Shown here: piece by piece, positions 10,168-22,507 of the stretch
How positions within the stretch are numbered: position 1 is the first letter of the stretch
Layout: each line of letters opens with the position of its first letter
Assembly (NCBI GenBank): GCA_001600815.1
Contig: BCKZ01000002.1
Span: 1,186,294-1,250,293, forward strand
Length of the DNA stretch: 64,000 nt
DNA from: Alloascoidea hylecoeti
Lineage: Eukaryota
Reading direction: 5' to 3'
Program-made: the position numbers and the translations under genes
Notes under the pieces: generated by a model
What the model was told of the DNA's origin: nothing
Seen by the model: the letters and a program-made list of their open reading frames with translations, nothing else
The model's database searches: none

Positions 10168-10240
10168 GGGCGTGTGGCGCAGTTGGTAGCGCGTTAGATT
10201 TGCATTCTAAAGGTCTCTGGTTCGATCCCTGACTCGTCCA
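10168..10240 (+). tRNA. tRNA-Ala(UGC)
   Basis: GGGCGTG...CTCGTCCA acceptor stem with G3:U70, anticodon arm TTAGA-TT TGC AT-TCTAA, B box GGTTCGATCCC, T5 terminator. One U-U mismatch in the T stem. Confidence 0.92.
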
Positions 10241-10693
10241 TTGTTTTTGATAATCTATATTTTTAAACATTTTTCCGGATTGGCGCTTGAGAGCAATTGA
10301 TATACCCATACTGATTAGTTTGATATTGAGGGCCGAGTTTCTAGTGAGGCAATACCGTAGAAGGTACTAGCGGGAAGAGCTCATGCTCGCTGAATCACAG
10401 CAGTCAAAAATGATTAAGAGTGATGTAGCACGGTTGTGGCCGGATTCTCTTAGAAGTTATGGGGGGAAGGAAGGAGGAAAGGAGATTCATAAGAGGTAAC
10501 TCAGGTGTATATTCTGACCCTGAGTAAATGCTTGTTTATAGGTTAAGTCATTAAGCAGCGTAACGATGATCAAAGTTGAGTGAGTTTATGGCGCTTGTCA
10601 TAGATCTATAAGGTATACTTGCTGTGTGATTTATTGGTTGTTAAGTATCTCACGTAAATAAATAGTCTAATTTAGAGCTTTAATGGCAAGCTG

Positions 10694-10736
10694 ATAACAA
10701 TCTTTGTTAGAATAACAATCTTTGTTAGAATAACAA
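10694..10736. repeat. 18-bp tandem duplication (ATAACAATCTTTGTTAGA x2.4)
   Basis: Directly visible. Confidence 0.9.
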
Positions 10737-11467
10737 ATTACAGATCATACCTAATCTTGAAAGCTTTCTTAAGCTATTCAAATATAAAAGAAAGGGAGAA
10801 GGAAGGCGCTTAGTCAGCGTCGAGCTCGAGGAACATTTTTGTGGTATAAATTCTTGTTATAATCAGAATTAATTGCAAGTCTGTAATTAATCAGTCGTTA
10901 TTGATGCTTAATTATATAATCCGGAGACTCTTTTATATCCCAAATCTAATTTTAAAATCAGACGATATATTGATTACGAAATTAAGTTAACCATAGACTA
11001 TAAAAGGTAAAAGAGAAATCAAATTTGATCTTTTAAATTGGATAACACCGTACCATGATAAACAAGTATACAATTGCAAGCTTTTCATTCTTTATCGTAG
11101 TTTCCCCATCATATAACTGGCTTTAGCGACCACTGAAACTTTGCTTGGGTTATTTAGAGAAAATACCTACAGTGGCATGCAAGAGTGCGCTCTAGTTGCA
11201 GCCACAGATGCCTATAGAATATAATTATGAATTTATAGCCAATTCTAAAGATTAATATTCATTTGAAATCCCTGGAAGTACTTCAGCTTCGTCATTATTA
11301 TTTTGTAATTGCAAATCCTATACTTACCCGACTTTACTATTTTGATCATATATAAAGATGAACTTTTTCACTACCCCTGATCTTTCTGATCTAACCACTA
11401 AAACTTAGTTTTAAACTTTAAATATATACCTTCCAACAGAGGCAATTATATTTCCAATTGAATCATC

Positions 11468-12943
11468 ATGGCTACTAACTCTGGAATTTCTGAAGTCGAA
11501 GAAGGCTTAATCGAGACAAATTATGAGGAAAGCGTCACAAATTTTGAGGAATTAAACTTAAAAAATGAAATCCTAAGAGGTAAGCTTATAATTGTGTATA
11601 TTTAGATATTTTCAGTTTGTGTATCTTCGATTTTAAAACTATTTGCTTGTTAAAGTGGTAATTTTTATGTTTAATTTTTGCTTTAAATGGTGTTGTTTTC
11701 GGTGATCAGATTTTATCAAATCATGTTGATCATTTGAAATTTGAAATTTGTCCTCATCACCAGATCACGCATTACATGCAAAAAATTCAATAACAATTAT
11801 AATCATAAGTTTAAAACGTTATAATTATGGATCGTACTAACAAGCTGTTTTTTTAAAGGTGTATATGGTTATGGTTATCAGACACCATCTGCCATTCAGC
11901 AAAGAGCTATTTTGCCAATCATCCAAGGCCGTGATACATTGGCGCAGGCTCAATCAGGAACAGGAAAAACTGCTACTTTTGCAATTTCCGCATTAGAAAG
12001 AATAGATCCCGCGGATAAATCAACACAGGCTCTTATTTTGGCCCCGACTAGAGAATTGGCTTTACAAAGTCAAAAGGTTGTAATGTCAATTGGAACCTAT
12101 TTAGATATAACTGTTCATGCATCTATAGGTGGTACTTCAATTAGAGAAGATTATGACGCTTTTAGAAGTGGGGTACAAATAATTGTAGGTACTCCTGGTC
12201 GTGTATTTGATATGATTGAAAGAAGAGCATTGAAGACCGATGGAATCAAAATGTTCATTCTTGATGAAGCTGATGAAATGTTATCATCAGGGTTTAAAGA
12301 ACAGATCTACAATATTTTCAAGTATTTACCTACTACTACACAAGTTGTATTGCTTTCTGCTACTATGCCTGTGGATGTTTTGGAAGTTACTACTAAATTT
12401 ATGAATGATCCTGTAAGAATTTTGGTTAAGAAAGATGAATTAACCCTAGAAGGTATCAAACAATTCTATGTCAATGTTGAACAAGAGGAGTACAAGTTTG
12501 AGTGTCTTTGTGATTTATACGATACAATTTCAGTCACTCAAGCAGTTATTTTCTGTAATACACGAAGAAAGGTTGAATGGTTGACCGAACAATTAGTAGA
12601 TCGTGACTTTACAGTTTCTTCAATACATTCCGATTTATCACAAAAGGAGAGAGATTTAATTATGAAGGCATTTAGATCAGGTTCTTCTAGAATTTTAATT
12701 TCTACAGATCTATTGGCCAGAGGAATTGACGTTCAACAAGTTTCTCTTGTTATTAATTTTGATTTACCAACAAATAAAGAAAACTACATCCACAGAATTG
12801 GTCGTGGTGGTCGTTTTGGTAGAAAGGGTGTTGCTATTAACTTTGTTACAAACGAAGACGTTGGAATAATGAGAGAGATTGAAACTTTCTATTCAACTCA
12901 AATAGAAGAAATGCCTAATGATATTGCTTCGCAGCTCGTTTAG
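11468..12943 (+). CDS. TIF1: Translation initiation factor eIF4A; exons 11468-11579 and 11859-12943
   Basis: [21 protein letters not shown] and [10 protein letters not shown] motifs. Intron GTAAGC..TACTAAC..AAG restores the Q motif [20 protein letters not shown]. Confidence 0.95.
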
Positions 12944-13253
12944 AAAAGTGTTCGTGAATTGTGCCCATATATATATATTCGTTATTATTAGTTTTAGCTT
13001 GTTTCCTATGGGATATATATAGCCTATAGCTATAGTTTGATAAAAACTTGAAATTTCCTATATTTGCATCATGAAAAAAGAATTTACTGTATATGTTATT
13101 GTAGAATTGGAAATAGATATTTAAACTTCTGACTTGATATTGTTCACACTGCATACAGTGCATATGAGCTTTAAATTCATTTAAAAATAACAAAGCATGA
13201 AAATATTTATGTCTAGATCCTATAGTTAATTATAAAACTGTAAAGAAATCTTT

Positions 13254-14246
13254 TTATTCAGCCTCTCCAATTTTTTCAATTTTGCCTTGATCTTTACTGA
13301 TTCCACTGTTTCCAACAAAAACAATTTTTTCAATTATCGTATGATTATCTTCATCTTCACCATCAAAGAATAATACCAAAGAGGTAGCATTTTGAAATTT
13401 AACAAAACGTAATTTAACTTCTATCCAACCATTTTCATCAACTTTATTATTTAATTCAATTGATTGGACTGGTTTCCCATCAGTTGCATCATCAAATGAG
13501 ATTACACCAGGTGTATTGCTCCAAATTTTTAGTGATGTTGGTGGTTGCAATTCATCCTCCGGATAGTCAGGTGTGCCTACCTCTGTAGAAGTCTCTTTTT
13601 CCTTTGATCCTAGTTTAAATTTAATTAAAACTGAGTAAACTTTAGAATGATTATGAAATGGGATAAAAATTAAAATTTGAGAATCAGCATCCGAAACAAA
13701 CTCTGATTCTTTCTTGTGTGACAATTCAAAAATGGTAGAAAGTTGAAGAGTATTTTTAGAGTATAGTGGCGTAATGTTTAAACCATCTAATTGAGTTTTA
13801 TCAATAATGGAATTTAACGTGTCATATCCTTTTGGAATATATTTTTTGATTTCTGATAAAAAATTCGAAGCAGATGAAGACGAAGATGAGCCACTTTTAC
13901 CATCTGGACTTGAAATGTCATTTGCTGAAGATAAATTTGCAAGATTATTAACCTGAGTTTGGATTTGAGGAAACGATGCACCAGTAACCCTTGAAATTTC
14001 TTTTTGATTATGGAAAAAGCAAAAAGTTGGGATGACAGAAACATTATATTTTTTGGCAACATCAGCAAGGCCAACATCTACCTTGACAATCTTGACCTTC
14101 TTATTTTGTTCCGCAAGTTGTTCAATCTTCGGAGAAATGGCCCGACAAGGTCCACACCATTCTGCAGTGAAATTGACCACAAACAAACTGTTTTCGGCCA
14201 GAAGGCTGTTAAATTCAGCAGTACTCGATACTTGGTGAAGGGGCAT
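13254..14246 (-). CDS. Thioredoxin-like protein 1 (Trx plus PITH domain; TXNL1/Txl1 type)
   Basis: WCGPC active site, followed by a C-terminal SDADSQILIFIPF...LRFVKFQNATSL PITH signature. Confidence 0.88.
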   Translation of the reverse strand: MPLHQVSSTAEFNSLLAENSLFVVNFTAEWCGPCRAISPKIEQLAEQNKKVKIVKVDVGLADVAKKYNVSVIPTFCFFHNQKEISRVTGASFPQIQTQVNNLANLSSANDISSPDGKSGSSSSSSASNFLSEIKKYIPKGYDTLNSIIDKTQLDGLNITPLYSKNTLQLSTIFELSHKKESEFVSDADSQILIFIPFHNHSKVYSVLIKFKLGSKEKETSTEVGTPDYPEDELQPPTSLKIWSNTPGVISFDDATDGKPVQSIELNNKVDENGWIEVKLRFVKFQNATSLVLFFDGEDEDNHTIIEKIVFVGNSGISKDQGKIEKIGEAE

Positions 14247-16096
14247 TATTATAAATAAATGTGAGGTGTGTTACTTATAATAAACTTTTATTAATAATGA
14301 TCAGCTCCTAACTGTTACTGACATTTCAAGAGTCCGGAGGTTCTGCTTGGAAACTTACGGTATCTCTTCTCCATTTCTGTAAAAACATTTCAATTTCCTC
14401 AAAGTATCATCATTTCTATGAATCTGAATTTCACGAGTTCGTGACTCAGGTGTAAACTGAAAAATTCGAGTTTGATGTAAAAGTTAACGGGACTATAAAA
14501 AATCCCCTTGACAGAACTTTGCAATTGTGATTGATGGCCGTGACATTCCAGTTGAAGACATTCTTAAATTGGAACCTAAATTAGAAAATGAAGACGAAGT
14601 TAATATTTATTACAAGGAGGTGGAGATGGTACAGTCTTATAACAGTTACTTAAATTATAATACACTTTCAAGGCGACTTTCATAAGCAAATAGGACTACC
14701 CCGGATTTAATTAGTAAGAATCTATGACAGCATGTAAATATATATATTCGGAAATGTTATTTCCTTTTGGATGCCTTGGCTAGATAGATAATATCAATCT
14801 AGATTCGAATTGTGTATCTTTAATTGCTTCAAGTAATCATGATCACAATTGCTATGATGCAAAAAGTATAAGATATCGACAAATAAAAGATTATAACATC
14901 TATTAGATACAAATCTAATTTTGTATTCATATTTAATAGATAATTTCAAGATATTAACACTTTCATGTTATGAAACTGCGCTCAAAAAGAAATAAAAATA
15001 AAAAAATTAACAGTTTAAGAGCATATTTTTTTCGTAATTATATCTAAAACAAGCACAAAAGAGGCACAGGTATGAATAGTATGTTACGAAGATTTAAAAG
15101 CCGGAATCCCGATAGGTATCGCAAAACGATTTATTTACAATATTAATTGTTTCTTTAAGGTAAGCTTCTTAACATTCATCTGCATAGAGACAGAGAAACA
15201 TCAATTGCAAGGCATCTCTTTACTATGTCTCGGCTTTCAATACTTTAAGGCATAGGCTAAGCAATGCATCCAAACCTGCGTTCTCGTCTAACGTTTACAT
15301 CATTATGTTCTTATCTTTAACTAACGTAAACTATTTTAGCATCAATATATTATTGTAATGATTTTCTCGAGAACCAGTACTAGTTTCAATTATGTTATTT
15401 TTTCAACTGAAGCTTGCTCAATTCGAACATCCTTATCGGAATATTAATGGCTAAAATAACAACTTTAGTCTCTGGCGCCAGTGATAACTTCAGCATAAAT
15501 TCCAACGGGAACAATTACAATAAGATATGTGAGAACGCCCTTTGCCGGAAGAGTAATTTTATCTATTAAATGAACTAGATGTGTAAGATTTAAAAGTAAA
15601 AGATGACTTAACCTAAGCTCGATTATAACAGTTGAACAATATTTGAATTCTAAATTATAATAATATAATTTATATAAACTTGCAAACTTAAGAAATTTGC
15701 GTTTACATAGCCAGCATTTAACTAGTTGTACAAGCCATCCCATGAAAACGTTAAAAAAAAGCACAAGAAAACTCTGGTAAGCTTCTGAGGGTGACCGTAA
15801 GAAGTAATTATTGTAAGACTGAGGGACGGAACATTTATTTCCGAATATCGATGGAATATTTAATAATTTGGACATTTTTGGGAATTTTAATAAGGAAAAT
15901 ATTTCGTGTACAGATAAATAATATTACTCTCACACGCACCGCTGCAGAAAGAATAAACAAAACAAAGTATACCACAATATGCATATTACATAAATAAATG
16001 TATATAAATAAATTTATAGCCGTTGCTTCTTCCTTTTTCCACTCCTCCTTCTTTTTGACTTCACCGTTTGTTTATTTGACCACTTTGCATACTGAG

Positions 16097-17778
16097 ATGC
16101 CTAAGTGGAGCGACTTGCAAATGGCTTCAGGTGCGTTGACTCTTGTGAGCGTGATGATGCTTATGGCTTACAAACAGACAAAAAGCTTCGAGAATGAAAC
16201 GCGACTTGCCTTTAGAGAAAGATCCCGAAATCATCACCAAAATGTCATCGAAAATTTAACGGATTCTTCCAAAAGGCGAGAGGCCAAAATAGAGGCCGCA
16301 CGCAACAAAAACAAACAGATAGAAGAATTGTTAAAATTGGAAGAGATGCTCCATAATTTAAATGGATTTCCTTATGAATCCCTGCTGAGTTTCCACAAGA
16401 ATGGAGAGGGAAGATTTTCAATACAGAATCTGTAAGCATCTTTTATCTTTCTAAACAACGATGGTTTGGTATACTCTTTGCCCGTCAATCCTACTTTTAT
16501 TAACTAATCATTTCCTTTGTTTGAATTAGATCTACCAATATATTATTTACAAAATGTTCAAAATCACCCACCTTTATGAAATATCTATCTAAACACATTA
16601 AAGGTCCTCGCGAAGATGGACGATGCAAAGCACTTAGAGCCTTACACCAGCTGGTAAACACCTCGGGTAATGAGGTTATTCTACACAAATCTATTATAGA
16701 ATCCTTGATCGACGGACTATTTGGCTCCTTAGAAAGTCTGCCCCCTACTGTAAATTCCAACTCCCCTCAAAACGATATCACTCGGAATTTAATTTCAAAA
16801 TCGAATAGTGACCAGGCTGCACACACAAGTGAAAATTTAAGATCTTCTGATAGTGCCACTTCGAATTCTACTAATACGAAAAAAACTTTTGATTTCATCT
16901 TAAGACGTTCCGTCTTAGATTTTAGAACAATAAGAGAAAATATAAGAAGAGGTTGTTTTTTACTATGTCGAACTTTCGAATGCGATAAATGGTTTATTGA
17001 TTATGCATTGAATTATGGGCTATTCACATTCTTGTGTGAATACGCCGAATCGACTATTGGATTTAGTACCGATTCTAGCTCATTTCAAGACAATAAAAGT
17101 TATAAATACGACCGTTTTATATTAAAGACTTTGGCGCTTTGTTATGAACGGGCTAAGCATTTCATAGATTCCTTATCTAAAAAAGATAAGAGTGAAGAAA
17201 ATCATTTAAAAAAAATAATGCCTGTTGAATTTTACGCTGAAGATCTTACTACAGTTCAAAGAAATAATGCAATCAGTAAGGCAAAGGCTTTCCTATCAAT
17301 GGGAGAAGTAAATGTATCAAGAAAAGACTTTACTCATTTCTCTCATCAAGAAATTAAAATTATTAAAGCTATGGAAAAAGTTCGTACTATGTATGAAAAG
17401 GGAACAAATGAAAATGTTGATGATCATTTAGGTCAATTTTTCAGAAAATATAACTTTAATAATGGAGATGGTGATAATGATAGTGATGCAGATGAACAAG
17501 ATTTAATTGAAAGAAATGAACAATTCATGGTTCTTGATAGATTCCATGAGGTGATGAAAGGTTGTGGTGGTGTGCCCGATAGTGAAGATGATAACGAAAA
17601 TATCTTTGATGATTATAGCAACCCCAGTACCCCTGGCATCACATCAACACGTTCAAGAGCTTCTACTTATTTAAGTTCGGAATCTGATAATGAAAGTGTG
17701 GCAACACAGGAAGATGTAAATATTGTTTTATCTGCCGTTCACGCCTTTTCTGGTTCTCTTGATTCTTCAGCCATTTAA
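16097..17778 (+). CDS. Uncharacterised ~527-aa protein with N-terminal hydrophobic anchor; exons 16097-16431 and 16530-17778
   Basis: Intron GTAAGC..AACTAAT..TAG joins ORFs 15998 and 16576 in frame (QNL|STNILFTK). The start could alternatively be 15998. Confidence 0.7.
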
Positions 17779-18569
17779 AAATGCATAATGACAGCGTCAA
17801 TTAGATTAATAATAACACGTACGACTCATGATAATAACTAGTTGACATTATTTTTTTTTTCTTTCCCTGGTATATTTATTAATCACCTTGCTTTATTTCA
17901 TTTGCTTTTATTAAAATTCTGTTCTTTTACACTTATCCTCAAATTTTCTGCTATATTTATGAACCCTCTATTGGCAATTAACATAGCTAACTAGGGTACT
18001 TACCATTGTATTTGATATCTGTATTATTTTATTTATATTTTTTTTTTATCTGATTGAAAGAAATGCCATTACTTGCTAATCTTATATATATATCTCGGCA
18101 ATTTGATTACAATTGTCGAAACAGGTAACGCTTTTTTTCTTACTATTATTTATGACTGAAACCAATTGTGTATATAGTCCCCTAATTATAAATAAATAAG
18201 CTTAAGAGAGCTTTTAATATATATTTTCTCTGAAAATTTTCTTTTTAAGAAATTTTCACGTATAGTTTCCTAATTATAAGTTTTTATTCGTAATTGGGTA
18301 ATAATAGTAGTTGTCATTTATTTGAATCTGCCATCCGGTAGCAAGCACTGTTGATATTATCATAATTAATCTGAGCCATGAACGTGTCAATTGCAAGATA
18401 TATTGTTGCGGGTAACCAAATATTTAAAAATTTAAAATGTGGAGGGAAAAACGGGTTTTTGCAATTGGATCTACATATAATAAGGCTTATTATAACTGCA
18501 ATAACTAGGAATTAATTTTCTTCCACTTTCCCCTCCTTCTGATTACTTTTCTATTCCTTAAACTCTCTA

Positions 18570-19504
18570 ATGGCTACAGACGATTGTTGCAAAAACTGTA
18601 ACGGTGGATCTAACGGCTTGAAAAATCACTCAAAGTCACAAGTCCCAAAAATCGATGAGAATGACTTATTAGTCACTTCGAATGAGCCGGAACATCCAGC
18701 AAATTTAATCTGTGAGCTTTGCAAATTATTTTATAATAATGGGTGGGTCACTGGAACCGGTGGTGGTATTAGTATTAGAGATGGGTATGAGATTTCGATT
18801 TGAAATAAGATCTAGAGATTGAGATTAACTTCTGTAATGTAGAACGAATATCTATATTGCACCATCCGGGGTCCAAAAAGAGGTAAGAGAAAGCATAGCA
18901 ACAATGCAACATTTATTATTCCCCTTCATATCATATTAATAACTGTAAATCATAGAGAATGGTCCCTGAAAATCTATTTGTTATGAATTTTGCTGATGAG
19001 AAATATATTAGAACCCCAAAGATCTTTAAACCATCAGCCTGTACCCCATTATTCATGTCAGCATACACAATGAGAAATGCCGGTGCTTGTATTCATACCC
19101 ATTCACAAAATGCTTTAATTGTGACATTAATCTTCGATAAGGTATTCCGAATCTCAACAATCGAACAAATCAAGGCAATTCCTAAAGTAACAAGCCCAGG
19201 AAACTTAAGCTTTTTTGATACATTGGAAATACCAATTATTGAAAACACAGCACACGAAGAAGATCTAACAGACTCTCTACAACAAGCTATTACAGAATAT
19301 CCACATGCTACCGCTGTTCTTGTTAGAAGACATGGAATTTATGTTTGGGGTGAGACTGTATGGAAAGCAAAGGTTTACAATGAAGCTATTGATTATCTAT
19401 TGGAAGTTGCAATAAAGATGCATCAACTTGGATTTCCAACCGTGGTTAACGATGATCAAAGAGCTACAATAAAAAAACGAAAGATCGAAGAAGTGTCAAA
19501 TTGA
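18570..19504 (+). CDS. MDE1: Methylthioribulose-1-phosphate dehydratase; exons 18570-18784, 18843-18882, 18956-19504
   Basis: [22 protein letters not shown] (restored by splicing), [14 protein letters not shown] and [10 protein letters not shown]. Confidence 0.93.
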
Positions 19505-19723
19505 GCCGACTCGACTCTATCGTTAGTCGAGCGTTTATGTATAGTTACATTTAATTTGTTCTTGTATACTGTTTATATCTTGCTCATCACCTTGCTTTAT
19601 TCAAAACCCCGTTACAACCCAAATCACATGCACATTACTCTTATGGATTTTTCATATCTTGTTTCATTCTATTCAAATTTGAAAAACCATATACAAAATG
19701 ATAATTGTAACTGTAGTCGGGAT

Positions 19724-20223
19724 TCATGTTTTGTGTTTCGTTGTTCCCAACGTAGCTCCACGAACCTAATTATGTCAGAAACACGTTAAACCAACATTGC
19801 AACATTGATATTTCTTCTCGATTCAAACATACCTTGCTCCAGTTTATTTGTTTATCAATTTCTTCATCCAATAAACCACATAAAGCTACACTTTCACCTC
19901 GTAGTAAATATAATCCCAATTCAATCTCTTCTGTAGGTTCATCAGGGGAAATTATCCTTTCTATCGTGCCTCCCAATATCAAATTTGTTGCTTGATCATA
20001 TCCTTCTAATTTGCCCTATATTATAAAATCGGAAAAAGAGATCAGTTAGATATATTTCATTCTTTAATGATTGGAGTTTTTTGTCTCGCATACCACAAAT
20101 AATCGTCCATCTGTCGTGATTACAGTCACTTTTTCTATAAAATGAGCACGCTAGTATAATGTTATCATATTAATGAGCTCACTTCAATTACATACTTTCA
20201 ATGTAAGCATTCAGAGCAGACAT
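19724..20223 (-). CDS. LSM8: U6 snRNA-associated Lsm8; exons 20223-20196, 20134-20094, 20015-19833, 19765-19724
   Basis: Spliced product MSALNAYIEKKVTVITTDGRLFVGKLEGYDQATNLIL...LGLYLLRGESVALCGLLDEEIDKQINWSKVRG. Confidence 0.92.
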
Positions 20224-20539
20224 GTTTCTGTGAGTAGAGAAAAAATGATAGATAAATGTGCTTTTACTATATCTGAGAAGGTTCTTTTTACAGCACGTGA
20301 CCAATAGCAGCACGGCGTTTATTAGGTAATACATGTGAGACATATTACTAATACGATTTAGATCATGTTTGAAACCTAATTTATTACGGGAGAGATCGAA
20401 CGCTGCTAGATATTCTTATTGTTGAATCGTTCACAAAACACAAAGATTAATGTATTATAAATTTCTATATCGATTACAGGAACATTTTGTTTTGACATCT
20501 TGAGATCATAGTAATAACATCTTCATAACAAAAACAAAA

Positions 20540-22507
20540 CTAGTTTGTGACAGAAGTTGTAGCTTCTTGAGTAACATTGGGAATAAGAGTATCTTGTGAG
20601 ATGGTATTACTTTCTTTTTGGCTGTTGATAAACTCTCCATAAGCAGCAAATGCCTCTTCAATTCTAGATTTGAATAATATCTCATCTTCAAGTAAAGTAA
20701 GAATTTCATTGTTGTCCAGATCCAACATCATACCAGTGATTTTACCAGCCACTTCTGGGTCTTGTACCTTTTCATAAGAAATAACTTTAGGGTAGAGCGC
20801 TTCTCCTAACATTCTCTTTTGTTGTTCTACCGGAGCAGAAGAAACAATGGCAGCTAAGGAATCATTTCCCGAATTACGACCCTTTCCACCACGATTGTTA
20901 AATTGCCCTTGGTACCCGCCTCTTGGAATACCTTGGCCATTTCTTCCTTGCGGTGGAAAGTCACTATAAACTGGAGGAACACCATAAACTGGAACTGGCG
21001 CACCATTTGGTCCTGGACGTCCCCATTGACCTTGAGAGGGAGGAGAAATGCCCTGACCCCTCGAAGGGATACCACCTTGTTGCATCATCATCTGTGGATT
21101 GGCCCCATAAGGAACATTTCCTCTGGCACCGGGTGGAATAAAGCTAGGTTGTTGTTGACTGTAAAACATTGGAGGCATGAATTGTCCTGGAATTCCACCA
21201 GCAGCTGCTTGCTGGAGCCTCATTTGGCTTCTTGCTTGAATCTGTTGCTCAAGCTGGCTTTTTCGAACATCTTTTCTTTGAGCAAGAGCAACGTAGAGCG
21301 GTTTACCGGCAATCATACGCTGATTCATTTCGGTGACTGCCTTGGAAGCCTCTTCAGGTGAAGAAAAGCAAACAAAGCCAAAACCCTTTGATTTAAGCTG
21401 ATCATCAGTCATAATCTTTGCAGAAGTAATTGTGCCAAAAGGAGAAAATTCTTCTCTAAGTTTATTGTCATCGACAGAATCATCAAGGTTCTTAATAAAT
21501 AAATTAACACCTTGATATTTACTCAACTTTTCCTGTCTGGCCGCTTCATACTGTTTTTTCAATTCCTCTTGCCTTTCATGCTTCTTTTGAGCTCTACCAA
21601 CATACAATTTCCTACCCTTATACTCACTATCATTTAATGCTTCGACAGCTTTAGCAGCCGCTTCATGGGATTCAAAATTGACAAATCCAAAACCTCTTGA
21701 GTTACCTTCCCTGTTAAGCGCAAGAGCAACAGAAGTAGTTTTGCCGTATGAATTAAACAATTCACTGAATTCTTTTTCAGTAACTTCAGGATCAACGTTT
21801 TTAACATAAATATTCGTGAAATTGGCCTTCATAGCCTCAAACTTAGATTGACGTTCCCTCCTTGGAATATGAGGTCCAACAAATACTTCTCTATTATTTA
21901 AAAGCATACCATTAACATTTTGAATGGCAGCTTCAGCAGCATCAGCAGTTTCATAGTGAACAAACCCAAACCCCTTGGAAACCCCATATTCATCAGTGGC
22001 AACTTTGCAAGACAAAATCTTGCCAAATGCAGAAAACGTATCGTGAAGTGCCTTGTTGTCAATAACAGGATCTAGATTTTTGATGAAAATGTTACCTGCT
22101 CCTGTCTTTCTCTTCGATGGATCTCTCTGAGACCACATGATCCGACAAGGAATACCCTTAATAGGAGTATAATTTAATTCTTCAATAGCACGCTCACCAT
22201 CATCAGTAGAATGAAAATTTACATAAGCATAACCAAGAGATCTTTTGGTAACGGCATCACGGCAAACACGTATAGAAGTAACTTGTCCAATAGAAGAGAA
22301 GACCTCAAATAGCACTGCCTCATTTACATCTGGGGCAAGTTCTCCAACATATAGAGAAGCAGAAACCTCAGGAAATGCTTGAGTTGGTGTTTCACTGTTT
22401 TCCTCAGTGGGAGCAGGGGTTTCAGATGGAGTTGTTTCTTCAGTAGGATTACTGATTGAAAGTTTTTCAAGGGCTTGTTCAGCGGCAGTTACAGCGTCTT
22501 TAGACAT
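20540..22507 (-). CDS. PAB1: Poly(A)-binding protein
   Basis: Four RRMs ([33 protein letters not shown]) and the MLLE-domain motif KITGMMLD. Confidence 0.97.
   Translation of the reverse strand: MSKDAVTAAEQALEKLSISNPTEETTPSETPAPTEENSETPTQAFPEVSASLYVGELAPDVNEAVLFEVFSSIGQVTSIRVCRDAVTKRSLGYAYVNFHSTDDGERAIEELNYTPIKGIPCRIMWSQRDPSKRKTGAGNIFIKNLDPVIDNKALHDTFSAFGKILSCKVATDEYGVSKGFGFVHYETADAAEAAIQNVNGMLLNNREVFVGPHIPRRERQSKFEAMKANFTNIYVKNVDPEVTEKEFSELFNSYGKTTSVALALNREGNSRGFGFVNFESHEAAAKAVEALNDSEYKGRKLYVGRAQKKHERQEELKKQYEAARQEKLSKYQGVNLFIKNLDDSVDDNKLREEFSPFGTITSAKIMTDDQLKSKGFGFVCFSSPEEASKAVTEMNQRMIAGKPLYVALAQRKDVRKSQLEQQIQARSQMRLQQAAAGGIPGQFMPPMFYSQQQPSFIPPGARGNVPYGANPQMMMQQGGIPSRGQGISPPSQGQWGRPGPNGAPVPVYGVPPVYSDFPPQGRNGQGIPRGGYQGQFNNRGGKGRNSGNDSLAAIVSSAPVEQQKRMLGEALYPKVISYEKVQDPEVAGKITGMMLDLDNNEILTLLEDEILFKSRIEEAFAAYGEFINSQKESNTISQDTLIPNVTQEATTSVTN

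Noticed and set aside
10694..10736. Palindromic direct repeats as CRISPR-like
   Set aside because: Eukaryotic DNA with no spacers; a simple tandem duplication.
10240..10830. Purine-rich stretch after tRNA-Ala as SRP RNA, RNase P/MRP or an LTR
   Set aside because: No diagnostic motif recognised; only a short ACTCAGG/CCTGAGT stem.
14515..14685. Short frame NFAIVIDGRDIPVEDILKLEPKLENEDEVNIYY, vaguely ubiquitin-like
   Set aside because: No credible start or donor site and no terminal GG; insufficient evidence.
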